DNA from: Patescibacteria group bacterium
GTDB taxonomy: Bacteria; Patescibacteriota; Microgenomatia; Levybacterales; UBA12049
Assembly (NCBI GenBank): GCA_035646815.1
Contig: DASRON010000014.1
Location: 1 to 63,180 of the forward strand
DNA: 63,180 nt
Reading direction: 5' to 3'
Shown: positions 27,605 through 36,398 of the stretch, piece by piece
How positions within the stretch are numbered: the stretch's first letter is position 1
How the letters are laid out: each line of letters starts with the position of its first letter
Notes under the pieces: generated by a model
What the model was told of the DNA's origin: nothing
Database searches by the model: none
The model's input: the letters and a program-made list of their open reading frames with translations, nothing else
Program-made: the position numbers and the translations under genes

Positions 27605-27876
27605 ATGATTAGTTTAGAAAATCTTGAGAAGAGAATTAATAATATTGAAAAGCGAAATTTTCGTGTAGAGGCAGATAAGGCTTGGGGGAGGTAAGCAGTA
27701 CTAGGAAAATAATCATTAGCATTTTTACCTATATAATAATTTCATTATTCTTATCAGTTAGTAAAATAGAAAAACCATTTTTAAATGCATTAATTCCCTC
27801 CATTGCTTTCTTAATTTCAACATTGTCACTTCCCTATTTTAAAGAATTTTGGAGAAGGGGAATTACAAAAAAATAA
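27605..27876 (+). pseudogene. small membrane protein gene split by a frameshift in a G5 run
   Basis: ATG 27605...RVEADKAWGR-stop (27692-27694). Listed ORF 27682..27876 continues in the +1 frame as GEVSSTRKIIISIFTY... One extra G in GGGGG (27684-27688) would fuse them into a ~90-aa protein. Confidence 0.6.
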
Positions 27877-27889
27877 ATTATAATTTCTT

Positions 27890-29056
27890 ATGTTTAAAAA
27901 AATTCCAAAAAATGTTTTTGTTTTAGGCCTTGTTAGTTTTTTTAATGATATTGCTTCGGAAATGATTTATCCGATTGTGCCAATATTTCTTACTTCAGTT
28001 TTGCAAGTTCCAGTATCAATTATCGGTCTTATTGAAGGAGTTGCTGAAGTAACTGCAAGTATCATGAAGTTTATCTTTGGTTATATTTCTGATAAAACTG
28101 CAAAAAGAAAACTATTTGTAACAGGAGGGTATGGACTTTCAGCAGCATCAAAAGCATTAATGGGTCTTGCTTATTCCTGGCCGTTTGTTTTATTTTCAAG
28201 ATTTATAGATAGATCTGGGAAAGGAGTTAGGACTTCAGCAAGAGACGCACTTCTCCTGCAAAACTCCACGTCGCAGAATAAAGGATTTATTTTTGGTTTT
28301 CATCGGGCAATGGATTCTGCGGGAGCAATTGTTGGACCTCTAATAGCTTTAGTACTTCTCTACTTTCTTGAGGAGAATATCCGTTTAGTTTTTTTCCTAG
28401 CATTTATACCGTCAGCTATAGGAGTAATTCTTTTAATACTTTTTATTCGTGAAAAAAAGAAAACAGCAAAAGAAAAGAAATTTAGCTTCAGTTTTAAGTG
28501 GAAAGATATAAATCCTAAATTTAAATTTTTTCTTTTAATCAGCATTATTTTTGGTTTAGGAAATAGTTCTGATGCTTTTCTTATCTTAAGAGCGCAAAGC
28601 TTAGGATTTAGTGCTTTCTTAGTAACCTTAGCCTATGTCTTTTATAACGTTTCCCAAACGATTTTTTCTACTCCTGCAGGATCTCTAGCTGATAAAATAG
28701 GTGCAAGAAGAGTATACGGAATTGGTCTTTTGATTTTTGCAGCAGTTTATCTTTCTTTTGCTGTAATTAACGATCCAATTTGGATATGGATAATATTTCC
28801 TATTTATGGAGTATATATTGCTTTTACAGATGGGGTTTCTAAGGCATATATTGCACAATACATAGAAGAAAAAGAATCTGGAACATATTTTGGTATTTAT
28901 CAAACAGGAATTGCACTCTCAGCATTCTTTGCTTCATTTTTATCAGGTATTTTATGGACAAAATTTGGACCTTCTGCAACTTTTTTTTATGGCAGCGCAA
29001 TGGCAATTCTTGCCCTTTTAATACTTTCTTATGGGAAATTAATAAAAGGTCTTTAA
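27890..29056 (+). CDS. MFS transporter
   Basis: 388 aa with about 12 hydrophobic segments and an MFS-type loop motif (SDKTAKRK, RFIDRSGKGVRTSARDA). Confidence 0.85.
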   Translation: MFKKIPKNVFVLGLVSFFNDIASEMIYPIVPIFLTSVLQVPVSIIGLIEGVAEVTASIMKFIFGYISDKTAKRKLFVTGGYGLSAASKALMGLAYSWPFVLFSRFIDRSGKGVRTSARDALLLQNSTSQNKGFIFGFHRAMDSAGAIVGPLIALVLLYFLEENIRLVFFLAFIPSAIGVILLILFIREKKKTAKEKKFSFSFKWKDINPKFKFFLLISIIFGLGNSSDAFLILRAQSLGFSAFLVTLAYVFYNVSQTIFSTPAGSLADKIGARRVYGIGLLIFAAVYLSFAVINDPIWIWIIFPIYGVYIAFTDGVSKAYIAQYIEEKESGTYFGIYQTGIALSAFFASFLSGILWTKFGPSATFFYGSAMAILALLILSYGKLIKGL

Positions 29057-29301
29057 TTTTTCAAAAAATATGTTAAAATGTTAGTGAAATGACAGATTTA
29101 TTCCAGCTCCGCAAGGATTTATTAAATAAGAAATATTCTAAGAATATTTGTGAAAGAAAAATTTAATTACTACAATTTTTTTAGATGGATTGCGATTGGC
29201 TTTAGTATTGTAGGATTTGGAATATCAATAGCAATAATATTAGCCTTGATATCGGGCAGAAAGTTATCTTAGAAAAATATAAAGTTGAGTAAAATACGAT
29301 T

Positions 29302-29688
29302 ATGGTTGAAAATGTAGGATCAATTGATAGAGGGGATTATTTTTCAAAGCACAGGTCTGAACCATTGCTAGGTCAAATATTAAGCCCTGAAGAATTAACA
29401 GTAGGTAGAAGAATAATTATAAATAAGGAAGGAAGAGATGGAGCAACAGTAGAGGTTGTAAGAGGAGTTTATTCCCTAGAATCTGTTCCTGGTAAGTGGG
29501 TAAAAGTTAAAGGTGAGCAGGATGATGAGCCTTTTTTCTTAGCAATATCTTTAGCAGATTATGGAGTTGTTCCATATGAAGGGTCAGGATTATGGAACAC
29601 CTTTACTTGCTTAAGAGATCCAAAAATTCTTTTAGGAGGTATTCCTGATAATGTTGTGGAATTTAAACCAAGAAATAAAGGAAGATAA
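29302..29688 (+). CDS. orphan hypothetical protein (128 aa)
   Basis: Soluble ORF directly upstream of the tuf promoter. TAAAAT (29290-29295) lies 6 nt before its ATG. No recognised motif. Confidence 0.5.
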   Translation: MVENVGSIDRGDYFSKHRSEPLLGQILSPEELTVGRRIIINKEGRDGATVEVVRGVYSLESVPGKWVKVKGEQDDEPFFLAISLADYGVVPYEGSGLWNTFTCLRDPKILLGGIPDNVVEFKPRNKGR

Positions 29689-29696
29689 TTTGACTC

Positions 29697-29725
29697 TTGA
29701 CGTATTTTTAAAAATATTGTATATT
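29697..29725 (+). promoter_or_regulatory. sigma70-like promoter upstream of tuf
   Basis: TTGACG (29697-29702), 17-nt spacer, TATATT (29720-29725). A second TTGACT lies at 29690-29695. Confidence 0.6.
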
Positions 29726-29731
29726 ATCATT

Positions 29732-29764
29732 AACCTTTAATTAATTAAAGAGGTTATTTTTTTT
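29732..29764 (+). promoter_or_regulatory. 5'-leader hairpin plus U-tract in front of tuf
   Basis: Imperfect hairpin with lower stem AACCTTT/AGAGGTT (one G-U) and an AT-rich top, followed by TTTTTTTT (29757-29764). The ATG is at 29773. Confidence 0.45.
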
Positions 29765-29772
29765 GATCAAAT

Positions 29773-30954
29773 ATGGCAGATACATTTCAAAGAACAAAAC
29801 CACACGTAAATATCGGAACCATTGGTCACGTAGATCATGGTAAAACCACGCTAACCGCAGCTATCGCAACTGTTTTATCCAAAAAAGGTTCTTCAAAAGC
29901 AATGAAATATGAAGATATTGATAATGCTCCTGAAGAAAAAGCAAGAGGAGTAACGATTAATATTTCTCATATTGAATACGAAACAGAAAAAAGACACTAT
30001 GCTCATATTGATGCCCCAGGACACGCAGATTACATTAAAAACATGATTACAGGTGCCGCTCAGATGGACGGTGCTATCTTAGTAGTTTCTGCTCCAGACG
30101 GTCCAATGCCTCAAACAAGAGAACATATTCTTTTAGCTTATCAGGTTGGAGTTCCTGCAATCGTAGTATTTCTTAATAAGTGTGACATGGTTCAAGATGA
30201 AGAACTTTTGGATTTAGTTGAAATGGAAGTAAGAGAGCTTTTAACAAAATATAAATATCCTGGAGACAAAGTGCCAATTATAAGAGGATCAGCTCTTAAA
30301 GCCTTAGAAGGTGATGCAGATGCTGAAAAGGCAATTATTGATTTGATGGATAAGGTTGATGAATTCATACCAACTCCAGAAAGAGAAACTGAAAAGCCAT
30401 TTCTTATGCCTGTTGAAGACGTCTTCTCTATTAAAGGAAGAGGAACAGTTGTTACAGGAAGAATTGAAAGAGGAAAGGTTAAGGTAAATGATACAGTAGA
30501 AATAGTTGGAATAAAAGATACAAAATCAACAGTTGTTACAGGAGTTGAAATGTTTAGAAAGCAACTTGAAGATGGTCAAGCAGGAGATAATGTTGGTCTT
30601 TTACTTAGAGGAGTTGAAAAAGATGATGTAGAGCGTGGACAGGTTATTGCAAAACCAGGATCTATAACACCTCATAAGGAATTTGAAGCAGAAATTTATG
30701 TACTTGCTAAAGAAGAAGGCGGACGACACACACCATTTTTCAATGGTTACAGACCACAATTCTATATTAGAACAACTGATGTTACAGGAGAAGCTACTTT
30801 GCCAAAAGGAGTAGAAATGGTAATGCCTGGTGATAATACTAAAATAACTGCGAAACTTATCTCTCCAATTGCCCTAGAGGAAGGATTAAGATTTGCTATC
30901 CGAGAGGGCGGAAAAACAGTTGGAGCAGGAGCGATTACTAAAGTAATTGCTTAA
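29773..30954 (+). CDS. tuf: elongation factor Tu
   Basis: 393 aa with [22 protein letters not shown], and the C-terminal beta-barrel domains. Confidence 0.99.
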   Translation: MADTFQRTKPHVNIGTIGHVDHGKTTLTAAIATVLSKKGSSKAMKYEDIDNAPEEKARGVTINISHIEYETEKRHYAHIDAPGHADYIKNMITGAAQMDGAILVVSAPDGPMPQTREHILLAYQVGVPAIVVFLNKCDMVQDEELLDLVEMEVRELLTKYKYPGDKVPIIRGSALKALEGDADAEKAIIDLMDKVDEFIPTPERETEKPFLMPVEDVFSIKGRGTVVTGRIERGKVKVNDTVEIVGIKDTKSTVVTGVEMFRKQLEDGQAGDNVGLLLRGVEKDDVERGQVIAKPGSITPHKEFEAEIYVLAKEEGGRHTPFFNGYRPQFYIRTTDVTGEATLPKGVEMVMPGDNTKITAKLISPIALEEGLRFAIREGGKTVGAGAITKVIA

Positions 30955-30976
30955 TTCCGCAAAATAACTACATACA

Positions 30977-31285
30977 ATGCCAAAAGGAAGAATAAGAGTA
31001 CGTTTAAAAAGTTATGATGCTAGGGTAATTGACTCTACGTGTCAACAGATATTAGATACGGCCATAAGGACCGGTGCCAAAGTCGTGGGTCCAATACCCC
31101 TTCCTAGTAAAAGAACAGTTTTTGCAGTAAATAAGTCTCCTTTTGTTGATAAAAACGCAAGAGATCATTTTCAAATAAAAACACACAAAAGACTAATTGA
31201 TATTTTATCTCCAACAGATAAAACTATTGATTCATTAACTCATTTAGAGCTTCCTGCTGGTGTAAATATTGAAATAAAAATCTAA
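30977..31285 (+). CDS. rpsJ: 30S ribosomal protein S10
   Basis: 102 aa with RIRVRLKSYD and GPIPLP motifs. Confidence 0.97.
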   Translation: MPKGRIRVRLKSYDARVIDSTCQQILDTAIRTGAKVVGPIPLPSKRTVFAVNKSPFVDKNARDHFQIKTHKRLIDILSPTDKTIDSLTHLELPAGVNIEIKI

Positions 31286-31327
31286 TATGTCTCCGGAAAG
31301 AAAACAAGACTAAAGTAAAATTAATGA

Positions 31328-31516
31328 TTATTTACGATTTACAGCTTTAGGAACGCTATATTTTTTAAACTCATTATTTGCTTTTAAAAAAGAGAATGAA
31401 TTTAACGGAATGATCTCTCTCCTTTTTACAATAGGTTGTAAAGGACATGGAGAAGGAATGTATGTTTTATCTTTAAGATCTTCAAAAAAATAATTTTTTC
31501 TAAATAGCAGTTGCAT
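31328..31516 (-). CDS. possible antisense orphan ORF (62 aa) in the rpsJ-rplC gap
   Basis: The only ORF in a 381-nt gap, with a basic composition. Its ATG overlaps the -35 of the plus-strand promoter. It may be spurious. Confidence 0.25.
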   Translation of the reverse strand: MQLLFRKNYFFEDLKDKTYIPSPCPLQPIVKRREIIPLNSFSFLKANNEFKKYSVPKAVNRK

Positions 31517-31539
31517 TTAGTCTCATTTCCATATATAAT
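31511..31539 (+). promoter_or_regulatory. near-consensus sigma70 promoter upstream of rplC
   Basis: TTGCAT (31511-31516), 17-nt spacer, TATAAT (31534-31539). Confidence 0.65.
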
Positions 31540-31615
31540 AATCCCAGTTTTACATGGCTATTAAGAAAAGTGTGAAATTGACTACCTAAGTACTGTTTTA
31601 GCTTCGAAAGAAGAT

Positions 31616-31639
31616 GCGGCTTAGGGAGCCGCTTTTTTT
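31616..31639 (+). terminator. intrinsic-terminator-like hairpin in the rplC leader (candidate attenuator)
   Basis: GCGGCT-TAGGG-AGCCGC followed by TTTTTTT. It lies about 70 nt after the predicted start and 27 nt before the rplC ATG. Confidence 0.6.
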
Positions 31640-31666
31640 GTTGTATAGGCCATCCCTGAAATAAGT

Positions 31667-32482
31667 ATGAATATAATTGGTTTTATTGGTAAAAAAAATG
31701 ATCAAACGCAAGGATTTTTAGAAGACGGACGAAGAATTCCTATTACTATTGTATCCTCTTTAGGAAATAAGGTTTTACAGATAAAAACATTAGAAAAAGA
31801 TGGATACAATGCTATTCAAATTGGATTTGGTACAAAGAAAAAAGCAAATAAAGCACTTGGAGGACACAGCAAGAAAGCAGGGTTAAAAGAAACACCCCGT
31901 TTTTTTAGAGAAATTAAATTAGCAGATGCTCCTGAAATTGAGCTTGGAGTTGAAATTAATATTTCAGAAATACTTGAGCCAGGAGATATGGTAAACGTAA
32001 CTGGAATTTCTAAGGGAAAGGGCTTTGCAGGAGGAGTTAAGAGATATCACTTTAAAGGAGGTCCAAGAACACATGGTCAATCAGACCGTGAAAGAGCTCC
32101 TGGTTCTATAGGTCAAACAACTACACCAGGAAGAGTATATAAAGGCAAAAAAATGGCAGGGCGCATGGGAAATGAACAGGTAACAGTAAAAAATCTTGAA
32201 GTAATTGAAATAAAAGAAGATGGAACAATTTTATTGAAAGGTTTGGTTCCAGGGGTAAAGAACTCGTTAATAATTGTTAAAAAAATTGGTAAAAATAATA
32301 ATTTTATACCACTATATAAAGAAGTTTTAGAAGAAGAGAAAGTAGTAGAAAAAATTGAAGAAGAAAAAGAAGAAGCTCCTAAATCTCCTTCTTTAGAAGA
32401 ATCAATTAAGGAAGAAAAGACTGAGGGGGAAGAGAAAAAAGAGGAAGAAGTAAAAGAAGAAATAAAGGAGGAAAATGCCTAA
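31667..32482 (+). CDS. rplC: 50S ribosomal protein L3 with an acidic C-terminal extension
   Basis: GKGFAGGVKRYHFKGGPRTHGQSDRERAPGSIG motif. 271 aa including a ~60-aa Glu/Lys tail. Confidence 0.96.
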   Translation: MNIIGFIGKKNDQTQGFLEDGRRIPITIVSSLGNKVLQIKTLEKDGYNAIQIGFGTKKKANKALGGHSKKAGLKETPRFFREIKLADAPEIELGVEINISEILEPGDMVNVTGISKGKGFAGGVKRYHFKGGPRTHGQSDRERAPGSIGQTTTPGRVYKGKKMAGRMGNEQVTVKNLEVIEIKEDGTILLKGLVPGVKNSLIIVKKIGKNNNFIPLYKEVLEEEKVVEKIEEEKEEAPKSPSLEESIKEEKTEGEEKKEEEVKEEIKEENA

Positions 32483-33188
32483 AGTAATTAAAAAAGAAGT
32501 AAAAACAAAAGAACCCGTTGTAAAATCAGGAGGTTTAAAAATGGATGTATATGATCTTAAGGGAAAAGTTGTTGAAAAGATAACACTTTCTAAGGAAATT
32601 TTTGATGTGAAAGTAAATAAAAGCTTATTATCACAAGCTGTAAGAGTATATCTTGCAAATCAAAGAAGAGGAACTCATTCAACAAAGACCAGAGGAGAAA
32701 TAAATGCCACTACGCATAAGGCATGGAGACAAAAAGGTACAGGTAGAGCAAGACATGGTGCGAAATCTGCTCCGATTTGGGTTGGAGGAGGAGTTGTTTT
32801 TGGTCCAAAACCACGAGATTATTCACTGAAGTTGCCAAAGAAAATGAAAAAGGCAGCTTTATTTTCTTCTTTAACTGTGAAAAAAGAAGAAAATTCAATA
32901 ATTATCCTGACAGGACTTGAAAAAATAGAATTAAAAACAAAAAAAATGGTAGATGTAATTAAAAATCTTAAGCTTGAAGATAAAAAAAGAAAAATTTTAT
33001 TAGTTACACCAGATACGATTAATGGTTACGAAAATATTTTTAAAGCTGGGAGAAATATAAAAGGACTAACTATTATGAGTGCAAAAATGTTAAACACCTA
33101 TCAAATTTTAAATTCTAAAACATTATTATTTATGAAAACTTCATTGGAGACTCTAGAAAATACTTTTTTAAAGGAGAAAACTAACTAA
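32475..33188 (+). CDS. rplD: 50S ribosomal protein L4
   Basis: RQKGTGRARHG motif. 237 aa. 8-nt overlap with rplC. Confidence 0.95.
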   Translation: MPKVIKKEVKTKEPVVKSGGLKMDVYDLKGKVVEKITLSKEIFDVKVNKSLLSQAVRVYLANQRRGTHSTKTRGEINATTHKAWRQKGTGRARHGAKSAPIWVGGGVVFGPKPRDYSLKLPKKMKKAALFSSLTVKKEENSIIILTGLEKIELKTKKMVDVIKNLKLEDKKRKILLVTPDTINGYENIFKAGRNIKGLTIMSAKMLNTYQILNSKTLLFMKTSLETLENTFLKEKTN

Positions 33189-33475
33189 TGCATATTATTA
33201 TTTCGCCAATTATTACTGAAAAATCAATGCTTCTTGCAGCAAAAGATAGGTTTACTTTTAGAGTATCTTTTGGAGCAAGTAAGGAAAAATTGAAAAAAGA
33301 AGTAGCAAAAAGATTTGGTGTTGATGTATTAAGTGTTTTAACAGTAATTGCTAAGGGAAAAACCAAAAGAATGGGTTCAAAAAGAATGGAAAGAAAAACA
33401 GCAAATTATAAAAAAGCAATTGTTCAGGTTAAACCAGGACAAAAAATTGGTTTATTTGAATTAGGAGGTAAATAA
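33188..33475 (+). CDS. rplW: 50S ribosomal protein L23
   Basis: 95 aa with ISPIITEKS and KKAIVQVKPGQKI. Confidence 0.95.
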   Translation: MHIIISPIITEKSMLLAAKDRFTFRVSFGASKEKLKKEVAKRFGVDVLSVLTVIAKGKTKRMGSKRMERKTANYKKAIVQVKPGQKIGLFELGGK

Positions 33476-34218
33476 TGAGTAGAAAATTAAAAACTATTGG
33501 AAAAAAAAGAACAGGTAGGGATGTAAGCGGACAGGTTGCCGTAAGGCATCAGGGTGGACAGCATAAGAGATACTATAGAATGATTGATTTTAGAAGAGAT
33601 AAATTAGGCGTTGTAGGGAAAGTTGCTGCAATAGAATATGATCCTAATAGAACTTGTGACATAGCTTTGATACAATATACAGACGGAGATAAAAGATATA
33701 TTCTTTGTCCAGAAGGTTTAGAGCTTAATAGTAATGTCGTTTCTGGTCCAAGTGCTGAGATTAAAACAGGAAACGCTCTTCCCCTTTCTGCAATTCCAAT
33801 AGGAACTGTAGTTCATAATGTTGAGCTTACTCCTGGAAGAGGCGGACAACTTGCCAGAGGAAGTGGAGCTGCAGCGACTGTTCAGGCAAAAGAAGGTAAT
33901 TATGTCCATTTAAAACTTCCTTCAGGAGAGGTTAGAAAAGTAAGAATTAAAGGGTATGCAACTATTGGAAATGTTGGAAATATTGAGTGGAAAAATGAAG
34001 TAATAGGAAAAGCCGGTAGGAAAAGAAACATGGGTATAAGGCCAACGGTCAGAGGAGTTGCTCAGAACCCAAGATCACATCCTCATGGAGGAGGAGAAGG
34101 AAGATCTGGAATTGGTATGTCAACACCAAAGACTTATGCAGGAGGACATGCTGTTGGAAATACCAGAAAAAAGAATAAATATTCAAATAAATATATTTTG
34201 AAAGGAAGAAAAAAATGA
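33475..34218 (+). CDS. rplB: 50S ribosomal protein L2 (N-terminally short)
   Basis: [19 protein letters not shown] and [13 protein letters not shown] motifs. 247 aa. GGAGGT lies 7 nt upstream of the ATG. Confidence 0.96.
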   Translation: MSRKLKTIGKKRTGRDVSGQVAVRHQGGQHKRYYRMIDFRRDKLGVVGKVAAIEYDPNRTCDIALIQYTDGDKRYILCPEGLELNSNVVSGPSAEIKTGNALPLSAIPIGTVVHNVELTPGRGGQLARGSGAAATVQAKEGNYVHLKLPSGEVRKVRIKGYATIGNVGNIEWKNEVIGKAGRKRNMGIRPTVRGVAQNPRSHPHGGGEGRSGIGMSTPKTYAGGHAVGNTRKKNKYSNKYILKGRKK

Positions 34219-34499
34219 GCAGATCATTAAAAAAAGGTCCATATATAGACCAAAGATTACTTAGGAAAGTATTAAGACAAAAACAAATGGGAGATAAAAA
34301 TCCGATAAAAACTTGGGCAAGACCATGTACTATCACTCCTGAGTTTGTCGGACAAACAATTGCAGTTCATAATGGCAAGATTTTTATAAATGTTTTCATA
34401 GAAGAAGGTATGGTTGGACATAAATTAGGAGAATTTTCACCAACTAGATTATTTAGAACGCATGGAAGAGTTGTGGCAAGAGAGATATCTAAAACATAA
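34215..34499 (+). CDS. rpsS: 30S ribosomal protein S19
   Basis: 94 aa with [11 protein letters not shown] and [11 protein letters not shown]. Confidence 0.97.
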   Translation: MSRSLKKGPYIDQRLLRKVLRQKQMGDKNPIKTWARPCTITPEFVGQTIAVHNGKIFINVFIEEGMVGHKLGEFSPTRLFRTHGRVVAREISKT

Positions 34500-34506
34500 A
34501 GTTATT

Positions 34507-34923
34507 ATGGAAGTTATTGCAAAAGTAAAATCAGTAAGAATTAGTCCTAGAAAAGTTAGACTTATTGCAGATGCAGTTAGGAAAATGTCAGTTGCAGATG
34601 CAATAAAGAATCTTGAAGTAATAAAAAAAAGAGGAGCATATCCTCTCTTAAAAAGCTTTAAAAGTGCAGTTGCAAATGCAATAAATAATGCCAAGCTTTC
34701 TGAAGACAAGCTTTTTATAAAAGAAATTGACGTAACAGATGGACCTTCTCTTAAGAGGTTTCATGCCTCAACAAGAGGAAGAGCTCATCCGTATAAAAGA
34801 AGAAGTAGTCATATAAGAGTAGTTTTAGGAGTTAAAGAAGAAGTAAAGAAAGAAGAAGTAAAAGAAAGTAAAAAAGATGAAAAAATCACAAAGGAGGTAA
34901 AAAAAGATGGGACAAAAAGTTAA
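34507..34923 (+). CDS. rplV: 50S ribosomal protein L22 with a Lys/Glu tail
   Basis: I chose the ATG at 34507 (MEVIAKVKSVRISPRKVRLIADAVR). The 15 upstream codons of the listed ORF overlap rpsS. Confidence 0.93.
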   Translation: MEVIAKVKSVRISPRKVRLIADAVRKMSVADAIKNLEVIKKRGAYPLLKSFKSAVANAINNAKLSEDKLFIKEIDVTDGPSLKRFHASTRGRAHPYKRRSSHIRVVLGVKEEVKKEEVKESKKDEKITKEVKKDGTKS

Positions 34924-35554
34924 TCCAAATTTATTTAGATTAGGACCTGTGTATGGTTGGAGTAGTAGGTGGTATGACGAGAAGCACTATAAAGAAACGC
35001 TTTTAGAAGATTACAAATTAAGAAACGCTTTAATGAAAAAGCTTATGAATGCAGGAATTTCTTCTGTTGAGATTGAAAGATCAATCAACAGTATTAAAGT
35101 CATTGCTTATGTTTCAAGACCAGGTATGGTTATAGGAAGAGCAGGTTCAGGGCTTGAGGATTTAAAAGAATTTTTATATAAAATTCTAAAAATTAGCAAG
35201 GAAGAGAGAAATGTCAAAAAACTCGATATTAGAGTAGAGCCTATAAAAGAACCAAATCTTGATGCATATCTTGTTGCAAAAAATATTTCAGATCAGTTAA
35301 TAAGAAGACTTCCTTATAGAAGAGTCATGGCACAAACTGTAGAAAGGGTTATGAATTCTGGTGCAAAAGGAATAAGGGTTGTTTTATCAGGAAGAATAGG
35401 AGGAGCAGAAATTGGAAGAGTTCAAAAACTTCAAAAAGGAAAAGTTCCCTTATCAACAATAAGAGAACATATTATTTTTGCAAGCGTACCTGCTCTAACA
35501 AAAAAGGGATATGTTGGTGTAAAAGTGTGGATTAATAAACCAGAGGAGAAATAA
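34907..35554 (+). CDS. rpsC: 30S ribosomal protein S3
   Basis: [13 protein letters not shown], a KH domain, and AAGGAGG upstream of the start. Confidence 0.97.
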   Translation: MGQKVNPNLFRLGPVYGWSSRWYDEKHYKETLLEDYKLRNALMKKLMNAGISSVEIERSINSIKVIAYVSRPGMVIGRAGSGLEDLKEFLYKILKISKEERNVKKLDIRVEPIKEPNLDAYLVAKNISDQLIRRLPYRRVMAQTVERVMNSGAKGIRVVLSGRIGGAEIGRVQKLQKGKVPLSTIREHIIFASVPALTKKGYVGVKVWINKPEEK

Positions 35555-35555
35555 T

Positions 35556-35963
35556 ATGCTGTTACCAAAAAGATCAAAATATAGAAAACAACAAAGGGGA
35601 GTTTTAAAAGGAGTAGCAACCAGGGGAACAAATATTTCTTTTGGAGATCATGGATTAATTGCAGAAAGTATAGGCTGGGTAACGTCAAGACAAATTGAAG
35701 CAGCAAGAAGAGCTATAACTCACTATACAAAAAGAGGAGGAAGGGTTTGGATAAGAATATTTCCTGATAAACCTGTAACTAAAAAACCTGCTGAAGTAAG
35801 AATGGGCGGAGGAAAAGGAGATGTTCATGAGTATGTTGCACCAGTTAGGCCAGGAAGAATGATTTTTGAAATGAGTGGAGTAACAAAAGAAGTTGCATTG
35901 GAAGCTTTAAGACTTGCATCCCACAAGTTGCCGATAAAAACAAAAATTGTTTCTAAAGATTAA
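35556..35963 (+). CDS. rplP: 50S ribosomal protein L16
   Basis: [15 protein letters not shown] and RMGGGKG motifs. Confidence 0.97.
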   Translation: MLLPKRSKYRKQQRGVLKGVATRGTNISFGDHGLIAESIGWVTSRQIEAARRAITHYTKRGGRVWIRIFPDKPVTKKPAEVRMGGGKGDVHEYVAPVRPGRMIFEMSGVTKEVALEALRLASHKLPIKTKIVSKD

Positions 35964-35965
35964 TT

Positions 35966-36181
35966 ATGAAAACTAAGGAAAAAAAAGATTTATTTACAAA
36001 AGATATTAAAGAACTAAAAAGTATGGTTTCTGAAGCAAAGGATGTTCTTTTTAATCTTAAAATGGAAAAAAGCCAAAATAAGCTAAAAAATACGAGATCA
36101 ATCTTTATGAAGAGAAAAGAAATTGCAATAATATTAACGGTTTTAAGAAGAAAGGAGTTAGAAAATGCAAAAAGTCTTTAA
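35966..36181 (+). CDS. rpmC: 50S ribosomal protein L29
   Basis: 71 aa, helical, in the conserved position between rplP and rpsQ. Confidence 0.88.
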   Translation: MKTKEKKDLFTKDIKELKSMVSEAKDVLFNLKMEKSQNKLKNTRSIFMKRKEIAIILTVLRRKELENAKSL

Positions 36182-36398
36182 CGGGAAAATTGTTTCTTTA
36201 AAAATGCAAAAAACAGCAGTGGTTCAGATTAAGAGAAAAGCGCCACATCCGCTTTATAAAAAACTTCTTAACAAAAGTAAAAACTTTAAAGCAGACACAG
36301 GAGATCTAGTTCTTAATTTAGGAGATAAGGTTAAAATTGCTGAAGTAAAACCTATTTCTAAAGGAAAAAAGTTTAGAGTATTGGAGGTAATAAAATAA
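36165..36398 (+). CDS. rpsQ: 30S ribosomal protein S17
   Basis: GKIVSLKMQKTAVVQIKRK motif, in the conserved position. Confidence 0.93.
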   Translation: MQKVFNGKIVSLKMQKTAVVQIKRKAPHPLYKKLLNKSKNFKADTGDLVLNLGDKVKIAEVKPISKGKKFRVLEVIK

